Part shown: piece after piece, positions 10,114 to 20,657 of the stretch | Position numbering within the stretch: the stretch's first letter is position 1 | Layout: every line of letters begins with the position of its first letter | Assembly (NCBI GenBank): GCA_963836205.1 | Contig: CAWIIV010000009.1 | Coordinates: 1 to 55,832, forward strand | Reading direction: 5' to 3' | Source of the DNA: an uncultured Acidimicrobiia bacterium | GTDB taxonomy: Bacteria > Actinomycetota > Acidimicrobiia > Acidimicrobiales > AC-14 | Length of the DNA stretch: 55,832 nt | Translations under genes and position numbers: made by a program | The notes under the pieces: generated by a model | What the model was told of the DNA's origin: nothing | The model's input: the letters and a program-made list of their open reading frames with translations, nothing else | Database searches by the model: none

Positions 10114-11203
10114 GTGCTCGGGTTCATCGACGTGCTGGTCTTCGTCTGGGGCGCCGTCATCGTGCTCGCCACCATCGGGTCGGCGATACGCACGGTGGTG
10201 CTGCCCCGGGCCATCCCCGCCCGGCTGGGCGGTCTGGTGTTCGTCACCATGCGCCGGCTGTTCGAGCTGCGCATGCGGCGGGTGTCGACGTACGAGGAGC
10301 GGGACCGGATCATGGCCCCCTACGCCCCCCTCAGCCTGTTCGTCCTGGCCCTCACCTGGCTCGTCGTCGTCTACGCCGGGTACACGGCGATGTTCTGGGC
10401 GCTACGGGAGGGATCGATCCGGGAGGACCTGGCGTCGAGCGGGTCGGCGCTGCTCACCCTCGGGTTCGAGCCGCCCGACAGCCTGCCCACCACCGCCCTC
10501 GCCTTCTCCGAGGCGGTGATCGGCCTCACCCTGGTCGCCCTCCTCATCACCTACCTGCCCAGCCTGTATTCCGCCTTCTCGACCCGGGAGTCGGAGGTCG
10601 CCCTGCTGGAGGTGCGGGCCGGGTCGCCACCGTCGGGCGTGGCCATGATCGAGCGCTTCGCCCGCATCAACTGGGTGGGCGGGCTGTCGTCGGTGTGGGG
10701 CCGGTGGGAGCGGTGGTTCGTCGACGTGGAGGAGAGCCACACGTCGTTCCCGGCCCTCGTGTTCTTCCGATCTCCCCAACCGGACCAGTCGTGGGTGACG
10801 GCGGCGGGAGCGGTCCTCGACACGGCCTTCCCTGCACGCGGCCGCGGTGGAGGAGCACGACCCCGACGCCATGCTGTGCATCCGGGCCGGGTACATCCGC
10901 CTGCGCCGGATCGCCACCTTCTTCGGGATCCCCTCCGACCCCAGTCCGAAGGCCGACGATCCCATCTCCGTCACCCGGGACGAGTTCGACGAGGCCTACG
11001 ACCGGCTGGCGGCGGCCGGCGTCCCCATGAAGCCCGACCGCGACCAGGCGTGGCGGGACTTCGTGGGCTGGCGGGTGAACTACGACGCCGTCCTCCTCAC
11101 CCTGGCCGCCCTGGTCATGGCGCCCTACGCCCCGTGGTCGTCGGACCGTTCCATCCGCTTCCGGGTCTCGGCTGTGCGGGGACGGCGGTTCACCGCCCGC
11201 TGA
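10114..11203 (+). CDS. Potassium-channel-like membrane protein, frameshifted near 10828
   Basis: TM helices and pore-like SALLTLGF. GAC ACG GCC T TCC CTG CAC: removing one base joins it to the 10847..11203 ORF (..LHAAAVEEHDPDAMLCIRAG..). Confidence 0.7.
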
Positions 11204-11230
11204 GCCCCTCGGTGTGGTAGGCAACGGTCC

Positions 11231-12691
11231 GTGGACCCTGGGGGGACCGGGTTGGCAGGTCGGATCGACGGCTACTTCGGCATCCGCGAGCGGGGCTCCA
11301 CCGTCCAGACCGAGCTGCGGGGCGGGCTGGCCACCTTCTTCACGATGGCCTACATCGTGGTCCTCAACCCGATCATCCTGAGCAGCGCGGCCGACGTGAA
11401 CGGCACCCGCCTCGACTTCGCCCAGGTGGCCAGCTCGACCGCCCTGGTGGCGGCGGTGATGACGATCCTCATGGGCGTCATCGGGCGCTACCCGTTCGCC
11501 CTCGCTGCCGGGCTGGGGCTCAACGGGGTGGTGGCCTTCCAGCTCGCCTCCCAGATGTCGTGGGCCGCGGCCATGGGCGTGGTGGTGATCGAGGGGCTCC
11601 TGATCACCGCCCTAGTGCTCACCGGGTTCCGGCAGGCGGTGTTCGAGGCGGTGCCCCTGCCGTTGAAGCACGCCATCAGCGTCGGGATCGGGTTGTTCCT
11701 GGCGTTCATCGGCTTCGTCGACGCCGGCTTCGTCCGCCGGGTGCCGGACGCGGCCAACTCGCCGGTGCCGGTGGGCATGGGCATCGGCGGCCGGCTCCTG
11801 GGCTGGCCGACGCTGGTGTTCGTGGTCGGTCTGCTGATCGCCATCGTCCTCGTCGCCCGCCGCACCCGGGGCGCCATCCTCATCAGCATCGTGGCGACCA
11901 CCGTGTTCGCCGTCGTCCTGAACGCCATCGTCGACGTCACCGCCCAGATCACCCCCGGCCAGCCCTACAACCCCAAGGGCTGGAGCCTCAACGTTCCCCA
12001 GGTGCCGGACAGGATCCTGTCGAGTCCCGACTTCGGGCTCATCGGCGACTTCAGCCTGGGCGGGTCGTTCGCCAAGGTGGGCGTGATCAGCGCGTTGCTG
12101 CTGGTGTTCACCCTGATGCTGGCCGACTTCTTCGACACCATGGGCACGGTCGTGGGCGTGGCCGCCGAGGGCGACCTGCTCGACGACGACGGCGGGTTGC
12201 CCGGCTCGCAGCGGGTGCTGCTGGTCGACTCGCTGGCCGCGGCCGCCGGGGGGGCGGCGTCGGCGTCGTCGAACACGACCTACATCGAGTCGGCCTCGGG
12301 GGTGGCCGACGGCGCCCGCACCGGCCTGGCGTCGGTGGCCACCGGGGTCCTGTTCCTGGGCGCGCTGTTCGTGTCGCCCCTGACCGCGGTCGTCCCCTAC
12401 GAGGCGGCCTCGCCCGCCCTGGTGGTGGTCGGCTTCCTGCTCATGGTCCGGGTCAAGGACATCCCGTGGGACGACTACGAGATCGCCATCCCCGCCTTCC
12501 TCACCATCGTCCTCATGCCCTTCACCTTCTCGATCACCAACGGGATCGGGGCCGGGTTCGTGTCCTACGTGCTGATCAAGGCGGTCCGGGGCAAGGCCCG
12601 CGACGTGCACGTCCTGCTCTGGGTGGTGGCGGCCCTGTTCGTGGTCTACTTCGCAATCGACTGGGTCGAGCGGCTGCTCGGGGTTTCCTAG
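11231..12691 (+). CDS. NCS2/AzgA-family purine permease
   Basis: TFFTMAYIVVLNP, DFFDTMGT, YIESASGV..GARTGL, MPFTFSITNGIG motifs. Confidence 0.93.
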   Translation: MDPGGTGLAGRIDGYFGIRERGSTVQTELRGGLATFFTMAYIVVLNPIILSSAADVNGTRLDFAQVASSTALVAAVMTILMGVIGRYPFALAAGLGLNGVVAFQLASQMSWAAAMGVVVIEGLLITALVLTGFRQAVFEAVPLPLKHAISVGIGLFLAFIGFVDAGFVRRVPDAANSPVPVGMGIGGRLLGWPTLVFVVGLLIAIVLVARRTRGAILISIVATTVFAVVLNAIVDVTAQITPGQPYNPKGWSLNVPQVPDRILSSPDFGLIGDFSLGGSFAKVGVISALLLVFTLMLADFFDTMGTVVGVAAEGDLLDDDGGLPGSQRVLLVDSLAAAAGGAASASSNTTYIESASGVADGARTGLASVATGVLFLGALFVSPLTAVVPYEAASPALVVVGFLLMVRVKDIPWDDYEIAIPAFLTIVLMPFTFSITNGIGAGFVSYVLIKAVRGKARDVHVLLWVVAALFVVYFAIDWVERLLGVS

Positions 12692-12706
12692 AGGCCGCCG
12701 GCCGGC

Positions 12707-13615
12707 TCAGGCCAGGCGCCAGCGGCGGATGCGGTCGGTCTCGACGGTGAGCCAACTGCGCTTGCCCGCCGGCACCAGCCAGCCGTCGCCGACGTTGAGG
12801 ACCTCCAGCTTGCCGTCGCGGTGGACGGCGACGGTGACCTCGGGGGCGCCCGACAGCCGGGCCACCAGGTGCTGGCCGACGAAGCAGGCGTTGAGGTTCC
12901 AGAAGGTGTCGGGGTTGGGCGTGGCCACCCGCTGGAGGGGCTCGAGGTCGGGAAAGGTCCAGATCACGAGGGGTCCGGTGCCGTGGGGGGCGGTGACGAC
13001 GAGCTTGCCCGAGGGGTCGACGTCGGTGAGCACGGTGTCGTCCCACCCGGCGTCGATGACCTCAAGAGTCGCTGGGGGCTCGTCCGAGAGGCGGACCCAC
13101 CAGGCCCGGGCCGCGTCCTGACCCTCGCCCACCGACAGCCCGACCCACCCGTCGCGGTGGTGGATCGGCTGGATGCCGGCGGGGGCGGTGGCGATCGGGA
13201 ACTCGGCCACCACCCGGCCGGTGGCGCGGGAAAGGGCGACGATGAGGCAGCCGTCGTAGTCGGCGGTGGGGACGATCGCCAACGGCCGCCCGAGGTGGTC
13301 GAACCAGGTGCAGCCGGCCTCGAAGTCACCGTCCCACAGGGGGTGGCGCAGGCCCCAGACAGGCCCGTTGGGGTGACGGAGGACCACGGCGCGGGGGCCA
13401 GACTCGAGGGCGAACTGGGTGGCGGGCCAACTGGAGTGGCTGGCCTGCGACCGCGGGTCGACCGGCCAGGTGGCGAGTACGGAGAGGTCGGCGCCGGCGA
13501 GGGCGTGGACCAAGCCGCCGACCTGGACGGTGAAGCTCGTCCGCCGGGCGTCGTTGGCCACCACCCGCCCCACCCGCTCCGGGAATCTGGCCTCGGCCAC
13601 GAGCAGCGCCGGCAT
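12707..13615 (-). CDS. Hypothetical protein (possibly beta-rich)
   Basis: ~300-aa ORF with globular composition and GC3 bias; no family recognised; start uncertain. Confidence 0.6.
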   Translation of the reverse strand: MPALLVAEARFPERVGRVVANDARRTSFTVQVGGLVHALAGADLSVLATWPVDPRSQASHSSWPATQFALESGPRAVVLRHPNGPVWGLRHPLWDGDFEAGCTWFDHLGRPLAIVPTADYDGCLIVALSRATGRVVAEFPIATAPAGIQPIHHRDGWVGLSVGEGQDAARAWWVRLSDEPPATLEVIDAGWDDTVLTDVDPSGKLVVTAPHGTGPLVIWTFPDLEPLQRVATPNPDTFWNLNACFVGQHLVARLSGAPEVTVAVHRDGKLEVLNVGDGWLVPAGKRSWLTVETDRIRRWRLA

Positions 13616-13896
13616 CGCCCCCATCCTGCCGGTCCCTCGGGGTCGAGGCGCGGTTGGTGGCCCATGATGGGGCATGGCGGAACGGGTGGGTGGTACGGCA
13701 GCCGGCGGCGATTCGCCTCTCCCTCCTCGGCTTCGGGATCGTGTGGTGCGGGTTCCTCGTCACGTTCCCGTCCTGCTGCGGGACGGACGATCATGACCCT
13801 CGACGTGACGATGCGACCGTTCGGGCGGGCCAGGCTGGAACGGAACATGGTCGCTCTCCGTTCGTGGCTGGCGGCTGGGAGCCGGTGAGCGTTCGG

Positions 13897-15465
13897 TCAG
13901 GTCGGGCGGCGGGTCCGTCGGCGGAGGGAGTGGCGGGCGTGTTTGATCGCCTGACGGGTCGAGGTGGCCAGGCGGCGGACGGCGACCCGGCTCTGGCCCA
14001 TCGCCGTTCGGACCTTGGCGGCGATGGGCCGCAGGCGGAGTCTGACTCTGGATCGGATCAGGCGGGCCCGGGCCGCGGCCAAGACGGCCGGCCGCCGGAC
14101 CCACCGGACTGCGTATCGGATGGCGCTCGTGAGGGACGTGGCCAGTCGCCGGGCTGCGGTCGCCGCGACACCCAAAAGGCGGGCGACGGCCCGAGCCGCC
14201 GATCTTGCGGCGGCGGCAATCGGCGCGGCGGCGGCACGGGTCGCGGCCGCGACGGTCCGCCGGGCTCGGCGGGCGACCGCGGCCAACCATCCGATGGCCA
14301 CGGCCGCCCGCCGGATCACGCCTGTGACCGTCCGGGTGGCGGCGCGGAGCGGGATCGTCATCAGCCGGCCGACGGCTCGGATGGCGGCGGCGAGACGGGT
14401 GAGGGTGGCGGCGATGGCGCGGGCGGCGGCGAGGGCAGGGGTCGACATCCGCCGGGCCAGGGTCCGGATCGCGATGGCGACGCGCGCGGCCACGGCGCGG
14501 GACGCGTCACGGAGGGCGGTGACGACGGTCAGGGCGGCGGCGGCGGTCCTGGCAAGCAACGCGGCGGCGGCGCGGATGGGCACGGCCGCGGTGCGGGCCG
14601 CGGCCCGCACCGCCACCGCCAGGCGCCGGACGAGGGCGGCGACGGATCGTCCGAGCATGCGCACCGGCATCGCACCGGCCTTCGCCGTCGCCCGCGCCGC
14701 CACCGCGACCCGGCGCAGGAGGGCGATCGTCATCCGGCCCGCTTGACGAACGGCCGCGGCCCCGCTTCGGGCGAACGCCCGCAGGGCCACCACTCCCCGG
14801 CGGACGAGCGCGGCCGAGCCCCGTGCGAGGACGCGGATCGGGTTCGCCACCGCCCGGGCGAACGCCCGCGCCGCGACCAACGCCCGGCGGAGAAGGGCGG
14901 CGGCGGCCCGCGCTCCAGCCCGTATTGCGACGCCGATCCGTCGAGCCGCCGAGACCGCCGCCCGCCAGCCGATCCGCGCCGGTCGGAGCACGATTCGGGC
15001 GGCCGCGGCCAACACCCCGGCGGTCCACCGGATCCCGGCCGCCGCCACGCGACCGGCGGACGCCAACGCGCCCCAAATGCATCGCGCCAGCCATTCCACG
15101 AGCCGGTAGGCAGCTCGGAACGGCCAGCGGACCGCCCGGCCGACGGTGCCGATCAGCCCACCGACCCAGCGGCCGACCCTGATCAGCCCGGCCCGCAACC
15201 ATCGACCGCCGGCGGCGACGCCTCGTCCGGCGGCCTTGAGCACCTCCCACCCGGCCACGAAAGGCACCAGCGGGAGCGCCAGGACCCGGCCGAGTAGACC
15301 GAGATCATCGTCCCGGGTAGGGACATCCTCGGCGGACGGATCGGTCGAATCGAGCGCGACCGGCTCCGTCGGTCCGGGCGGAGGGACCGCCGCCTCGGGC
15401 GGGGCCGCCAGATCAGCCGACGCCTCGGGCGGGGCCGCCCCGTCGGCTGCCGGCTCGGGCGGCAT
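13897..15465 (-). CDS. Hypothetical protein with Pro/Glu-rich N-terminus and long Arg/Ala-rich repetitive region
   Basis: 522-aa ORF. The same frame stays open upstream to the stop at 15760, so the real start is uncertain (possibly ATG 15773 plus a frameshift). Confidence 0.45.
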   Translation of the reverse strand: MPPEPAADGAAPPEASADLAAPPEAAVPPPGPTEPVALDSTDPSAEDVPTRDDDLGLLGRVLALPLVPFVAGWEVLKAAGRGVAAGGRWLRAGLIRVGRWVGGLIGTVGRAVRWPFRAAYRLVEWLARCIWGALASAGRVAAAGIRWTAGVLAAAARIVLRPARIGWRAAVSAARRIGVAIRAGARAAAALLRRALVAARAFARAVANPIRVLARGSAALVRRGVVALRAFARSGAAAVRQAGRMTIALLRRVAVAARATAKAGAMPVRMLGRSVAALVRRLAVAVRAAARTAAVPIRAAAALLARTAAAALTVVTALRDASRAVAARVAIAIRTLARRMSTPALAAARAIAATLTRLAAAIRAVGRLMTIPLRAATRTVTGVIRRAAVAIGWLAAVARRARRTVAAATRAAAAPIAAAARSAARAVARLLGVAATAARRLATSLTSAIRYAVRWVRRPAVLAAARARLIRSRVRLRLRPIAAKVRTAMGQSRVAVRRLATSTRQAIKHARHSLRRRTRRPT

Positions 15466-15759
15466 GGCTCGGCCGAGCGGGGCCGGCCCGGGAGGCCCCG
15501 ACGGCTCAGGCGAGGCGGGCCAGGCGGGCGGCTCGGGCGCGGGCAGTTCGGGCGACGTTGGCCAGGCGGGCGGCTCGATCGGCTCGGGCTCGGGCGGCTC
15601 GGGCTCGGGCGGCTCGGGCGCGGGTGGCTCGGGCCGCGTGGCCGACGCAGGCGGCGCGGGCGGCTCAGCCGCGGGCGGCGCGGCCGAGGGACGGCGCAGG
15701 CGGCGCAGGGACGGCGCGGCGCGGGCGACGCGGGCCAGGTGAAAGGCCCTGGACGCGGG

Positions 15760-16485
15760 TCAGGCAGGGCCATGGCGCCGGGTCCGGATCTCGTCGGCCA
15801 GTTCCTCCAGGCGGGACACGGCGTTGAAGCCGGCGATCTCGTCCAGCTCGTCCCTCGCCTCCACGAGCGTCGCCGGGGACCCGTCCCCGGTGGTCGGGCC
15901 GAAGGCGGCGGCCAACGCCTCGATGGCGGCGGTCCGTTGGTCGACGTACTCGCGCTCGCGGTCCGACGTCGGGACCCGTCCCCCGAGGAGGGTGGCCGCC
16001 TCCAGGACGGCGCCGTGGGCGGCGGCGATCGCGGGTGCCCCGTCGGCGTCGCCCCCCACCGCCACGAGCAGGCCCGCGTACGCAGTCGCCAGCCGGCTCG
16101 TCGTCGGCGAGGAGATGTCGACGGGGACGCCGCCGGCCAGCACGGCCGACCGGCGACGGCCCTGGCGCCGGGCCGCGACCCGCCGCCACCCCGTACGCAG
16201 CGGGAGGACGCACCCCAGCGTCAGGGCGGCCACGCCGGCGACGACGGCGAGGGTCGAACCGCCGCTCGCCAGCCCCCACACCAGGAGCGCCGCGCCCACC
16301 ACGAGGAGGCCGGCGTCGAACCAACCGGCGCGGTCGTCGACGTCGGGGAGGAGGTCGTCGATCAGCTCGTCGAGGTCGTCCCGGCCCCGGCCGCCACCGG
16401 CGACGGGCTCCAACGGGACGAGCGGACCGGGCCCGTCGGGCACCACCACCATGTCCCGCCCAGGCTCGCCGCGGCCCGAAGTCAC
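15760..16485 (-). CDS. Hypothetical two-TM membrane protein
   Basis: Two hydrophobic helices then a helical domain; -10-like CATACT 6 nt before the GTG. Confidence 0.65.
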   Translation of the reverse strand: MTSGRGEPGRDMVVVPDGPGPLVPLEPVAGGGRGRDDLDELIDDLLPDVDDRAGWFDAGLLVVGAALLVWGLASGGSTLAVVAGVAALTLGCVLPLRTGWRRVAARRQGRRRSAVLAGGVPVDISSPTTSRLATAYAGLLVAVGGDADGAPAIAAAHGAVLEAATLLGGRVPTSDREREYVDQRTAAIEALAAAFGPTTGDGSPATLVEARDELDEIAGFNAVSRLEELADEIRTRRHGPA

Positions 16486-16602
16486 CCTGCCAGTATGCGA
16501 CGCCTACCGCCGTAGGCGGATATCACCTCCGCCCGGACGACGGCCCGGCCCTGAACCGGCATCCGAAACCCGAGCCGCGGACCCTCTGTCGAGAGGCGCC
16601 GA

Positions 16603-17301
16603 TCAGGCGACCAGGACGGCGGCGGCGTCGGCCGGCACCCGGAGGTCGGCGAACCACCGGCCGGACGGCGTCCGGTCGAGGGAGGCGACGTCGAAGCCGG
16701 CGGGGCGGGCGAGGTCGGCGACGGTGTCGGCGCCCACGACGGCCCAGTCGAAGGCCGGTCCCCGCCCGTCGTCCCGCTCGAACCAGGCGACCAGGCGTCG
16801 CGATCGCGTCCCCGGGGCCTCGACCTCGGCGATGACCCGCCCGCCCGACCCGGTCAGCTCCCGGCAGCGGGCCAGGAGCCGGGTGGGGTCGCCGCCGATC
16901 CCGATGGTGCCGTCGAAGAGGAGGCAGGTGGCCCACCGGCCTTCGAGCGGCAAGGGGCTGAAGACGTCGGCCTGGAGGACGGCTGCGCCCCGCTGCCGGG
17001 CCAGGAAAAGGGCGGCCGGCGACGAGTCAACGCCGAGGGCGGGCACGCCGGCGCCGGCCAGGCTGACCACCAGGCGCCCGGGGCCGCACCCGAGGTCGAT
17101 CACGGGGCCGGCCACGGTGCTGAGCATCAGCTTCTCCTCGGCGGTGGCGGGAGCGTTCCACCGGGCCCGGTCGAGGACGAGGTCGTCCCCGGTGTGGGTG
17201 TGCAGCACGAGGGGGGGCGCCGCCCGCCGGGGCACAGGCGGATGCCACCCGTCGGTGCGGGACGGGGTCCGGAAGGGGAGGACGGCGGTGGCGGACATCA
17301 C
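16603..17301 (-). CDS. Class I SAM-dependent methyltransferase
   Basis: VIDLGCGPGR, LGVDSS, LLFDGTIGIGGDP motifs; overlaps the DUF2064 stop. Confidence 0.88.
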   Translation of the reverse strand: MMSATAVLPFRTPSRTDGWHPPVPRRAAPPLVLHTHTGDDLVLDRARWNAPATAEEKLMLSTVAGPVIDLGCGPGRLVVSLAGAGVPALGVDSSPAALFLARQRGAAVLQADVFSPLPLEGRWATCLLFDGTIGIGGDPTRLLARCRELTGSGGRVIAEVEAPGTRSRRLVAWFERDDGRGPAFDWAVVGADTVADLARPAGFDVASLDRTPSGRWFADLRVPADAAAVLVA

Positions 17302-17969
17302 GCCACCCGGTCGAGCGGTGCGAGGGGGCGGAGGAGGCCGGCCAGGCGGGCGGTGTGGGTATCGGGGCCGGCCGCGATCACCGCGGCCAGGTCGTCGATG
17401 GTGTCGAGGTCGACGAGCGTCGGCAGGAGGGCGACGTCGAGGCCGAGGGCGCGCAGGCGAGCCTCCTGGGCTCGTCCGGTGCGGGCCGTGCTCATGGGCA
17501 GGCCCCGGAACACGCGCCCGTCAGGGCGGCGCAGGCCGAGCGCCCACCAGCCCCCGTCGGCGGCGTGGCCGAGGGCGGCGGCCGACGCGTCGAGCATGGC
17601 CAGGGCGTGGTCGAGGTCGGCCGCCGTCACCTGGGGTGTGTCCATGCCGATCTGCACGCCCGGCCCGCCGGCCGTCGCCCAGGCGTGGGTGAGGCGGCGA
17701 TTGAGGCTGCCCTGGCATTGGGCCACGACCTCGAAGCCCGGCGGCAGCCACGGTCCGGGGACGCCGTCGAGGGCGAGGACCCGTCGGCCGGCGCTACACG
17801 CGGCCACCGCTTCCAGGGTGTCGGCCAGGGCCACCTCGGCCAGGGCGGCCGCTTCGGCGGGGGAGCATGGCGGGCACAACCGGGTCTTCACCCGGCCGGG
17901 GACGGGCGCCTTGGCCATCACCAGCACGTGGGGGGCCGGCGGGCACCGCCGTGGCACTGCGGTCGACAT
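17298..17969 (-). CDS. DUF2064 (CofC-like GT-A) protein
   Basis: MAKAPVPGRVKTRL, IGMDTPQ, DGGWWALGL, DLDTIDD motifs. Confidence 0.9.
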   Translation of the reverse strand: MSTAVPRRCPPAPHVLVMAKAPVPGRVKTRLCPPCSPAEAAALAEVALADTLEAVAACSAGRRVLALDGVPGPWLPPGFEVVAQCQGSLNRRLTHAWATAGGPGVQIGMDTPQVTAADLDHALAMLDASAAALGHAADGGWWALGLRRPDGRVFRGLPMSTARTGRAQEARLRALGLDVALLPTLVDLDTIDDLAAVIAAGPDTHTARLAGLLRPLAPLDRVA

Positions 17970-18130
17970 CGGGCTTCCTTTGCGATCGGGGGACGGCGGT
18001 GTGGTGATGGATTCGGCGCCGACTGCGGGGTGGGATGAAGGGCCCGCAACCCGACAGCCCTCAGTCCGACCGAGGACGACGCCGTTACAGCGGTCCGGCC
18101 TCCCGAACCGGGTGCGGCATCATTGCCCCG

Positions 18131-19192
18131 GTGAAGGTCCTGGTCACCGGCGGCGCCGGTTTCATCGGCTCCCACGTGGTCGACCAGCTCCTGGCGGGCG
18201 GCGCCACCGTCCGCGTGGTCGACAGCCTCCAGGCCTCGGGCCATGCCGTCCCCGACCACCTCGATCCCCGGGCCGAGCTGATGGTGGGAGACGTGGCCGA
18301 CCGAGCCGTCGCCGCGGCCGCCGCCGTCGGGGTCGACGCCGTCTGCCACCAGGCGGCCAAGGTCGGGCTGGGGGTGGACTTCGGCGACGTGGGCGCCTAC
18401 GTGGCCGACAACGACACCGGCACCGGCTCCCTCCTCGAGGCCCTGTGGCAGCGGTCCTTCCGGGGACGACTGGTGCTGGCCAGCAGCATGGTGGTCTACG
18501 GCGAGGGCCGGTACCGGTGCGACGAGCACGGTGACGTTCGCCCCGGACCCCGCACCCCCGCCGACCTCGACGCCGGCCGCTTCGACCCGACCTGTCCCCT
18601 CCCCGCCTGCGGGCGTCCCACCCGGTGGGCGCCCGTCGACGAGGATGCCCCGATGGACCCTCGCAACGTCTACGCCGCCACCAAGCTCCATCAGGAGCAC
18701 CTGTGCCGGCTGTGGGGCCGGGAGGCGGGGGCGACCGTGGTAGCACTCCGGTACCACAACGTCTACGGGCCCCGGATGCCCCGCGACACGCCGTACGCGG
18801 GGGTGGCGTCGCTGTTCCGCAGCGCGCTGGCCGCGGGCCGGGCCCCCGAGGTGTTCGAGGACGGCGGCCAGACCCGCGACTTCGTCCACGTGCGGGACGT
18901 GGCCCGGGCCAACGTGCTCGCCCTCACCCGATCCGACGGCGAGATCGCCTCGGGCGCCTTCAACGTGGCCAGCGGCACCCCGCACACGGTGGGCGAGCTG
19001 GCCCAGGCCCTCACCGCCACCCTCGCCCCCCACCTCACCCCGGTCGTCACCGGCCGCTGGCGCCTGGGCGACGTCCGCCACGTGGTGGCCTCGCCCACCC
19101 GGGCCGCGGCCGCCCTCGGCTTCCGGGCCGAAGTGAGCTTCGAGGACGGGATGGCCGAGCTCGCCCGTGCCGCCGACGTCGCCCGACCCTGA
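18131..19192 (+). CDS. NAD-dependent epimerase/dehydratase (extended SDR)
   Basis: LVTGGAGFIGS, YAATK, LRYHNVYGP, RDFVHV; Cys/His-rich insert. Confidence 0.92.
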   Translation: MKVLVTGGAGFIGSHVVDQLLAGGATVRVVDSLQASGHAVPDHLDPRAELMVGDVADRAVAAAAAVGVDAVCHQAAKVGLGVDFGDVGAYVADNDTGTGSLLEALWQRSFRGRLVLASSMVVYGEGRYRCDEHGDVRPGPRTPADLDAGRFDPTCPLPACGRPTRWAPVDEDAPMDPRNVYAATKLHQEHLCRLWGREAGATVVALRYHNVYGPRMPRDTPYAGVASLFRSALAAGRAPEVFEDGGQTRDFVHVRDVARANVLALTRSDGEIASGAFNVASGTPHTVGELAQALTATLAPHLTPVVTGRWRLGDVRHVVASPTRAAAALGFRAEVSFEDGMAELARAADVARP

Positions 19193-20657
19193 CGCCGCCC
19201 GCGGCACCCGCGGCGGGCGCGGCCCGACGCTCGGGTTTGCCGCCGCCGGCGGGGCCGGGATCGTCCTGTGCTGGACGATCGCCACCGGCGGAGACGTCCT
19301 CGCCGCCCGCTGGACGATCCTCGCCCGCCTGGCGGGTTGGGTGGCGGTGTGGGCGGTCGCGGTGGCGTGCGCCCTCCGGCTAACCCGCCGGGTGGCGCTG
19401 CCCGCCATCTTCGTGGTCGCCGTCGGCCTGCGCCTGGCCGCCCTGGGCGGGCCGCCCGTCCTCTCCGACGATCTCTACCGCTACGCGTGGGACGGCCGGG
19501 TGCAGGCCGCCGGCATCAACCCCTACGCCCACCAGCCCACGTCGTCGGCCGTGCGTTCGCTCCGGGAGCCCTGGCTGTGGCCCGACGACGCCGGCTGCGC
19601 CGATCTCGGCCGGGCCCCGCACTGCTCCCGAATCAACCGGGCCACGGTGCGCACCATCTACCCGCCCGTCGCCCAGGCCTGGTTCGCCACCGTCTACCGG
19701 CTGGCCGGCATCGACGCCGAGCACAAGGCCTGGCAGGTGGCCGGGCTGGCGGGCGACGTGGCCCTGGTCGGCCTCCTGCCGTTCGTCCTGCGGGCGTGGA
19801 AGCGCGACGAACGATGGACCGCGCTCTACGCCCTGTCCCCCTTCCCCATCCTGGAGGTGGTGAACAACGGCCACGTCGACGGCCTGGCCGCCCTGTTCAT
19901 CGTGGCCGCCCTCCTCGCCCTGGCCCCCCGGCCGCGAGGGCCGACGCGTCGGGACAGCCCAGCCGACCGCGCCGTCGATCCGGGCGCCCCCGTCACTCGG
20001 GTCCTCGACCGGGGCCGGCCGGCAGTGGCGGGGGCGCTGCTCGGCGCCGCCGCCCTGGTGAAGCTCTACCCCGCCCTCCTGTTGGTGGGGGTGGCCGGCG
20101 CCGGCGTGGCCGCGGCGGCCGGACGGAAGCGGCTCCCGGTCGCCGACCTGGTGCGGGCAGGGGCCGCCGCGGCGGCGGTGGTCGTCGCCGGCTACCTGCC
20201 CCACGTGCTCGCGGTCGGGGTCAAGGTGGTGGGGTACCTGCCCGGCTACCTGCGGGAGGAGAGCTACGACAGCGGCGGGCGGTTCCTCCTGGCGTCCCTC
20301 CTCCACCTGCCGGTCGTTCCCGCGGCGGTGGTGGCGGGAGCGGGCATGGCCGCGGTCGTGGCGTGGGTGCTGGTGACGAGCCCGTCGGCGCCCCGGGCAT
20401 TCGCGGCCCTTCTCGGCGCGCTCCTTCTGGCCACCACGCCCGTGCAGCCCTGGTACGCGGTCACCCTGTTGGCGGCAGCCACAGTCGCCGCCGCGCCCGC
20501 GTGGGCCCTGGTGGCGGCGGCCGGCTACCCATACTTCCTGGCCGTGATCCTCGACGCGCCCCACACCGTCGCCATCGGTCGCCTGTCCTACGGGCTCGCC
20601 TGCGCCGGTGTGGTCGCGGCGGCTGCCACCCGGCGAAGATCGGCAGCCGATGCCTGA
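19167..20657 (+). CDS. GT-C family (GT87/DUF2029-like) membrane glycosyltransferase
   Basis: LSDDLYRYAWDG, TIYPP, GHVD, KLYP, QPWY motifs; multi-TM; start uncertain. Confidence 0.82.
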   Translation: MPPTSPDPDAARGTRGGRGPTLGFAAAGGAGIVLCWTIATGGDVLAARWTILARLAGWVAVWAVAVACALRLTRRVALPAIFVVAVGLRLAALGGPPVLSDDLYRYAWDGRVQAAGINPYAHQPTSSAVRSLREPWLWPDDAGCADLGRAPHCSRINRATVRTIYPPVAQAWFATVYRLAGIDAEHKAWQVAGLAGDVALVGLLPFVLRAWKRDERWTALYALSPFPILEVVNNGHVDGLAALFIVAALLALAPRPRGPTRRDSPADRAVDPGAPVTRVLDRGRPAVAGALLGAAALVKLYPALLLVGVAGAGVAAAAGRKRLPVADLVRAGAAAAAVVVAGYLPHVLAVGVKVVGYLPGYLREESYDSGGRFLLASLLHLPVVPAAVVAGAGMAAVVAWVLVTSPSAPRAFAALLGALLLATTPVQPWYAVTLLAAATVAAAPAWALVAAAGYPYFLAVILDAPHTVAIGRLSYGLACAGVVAAAATRRRSAADA

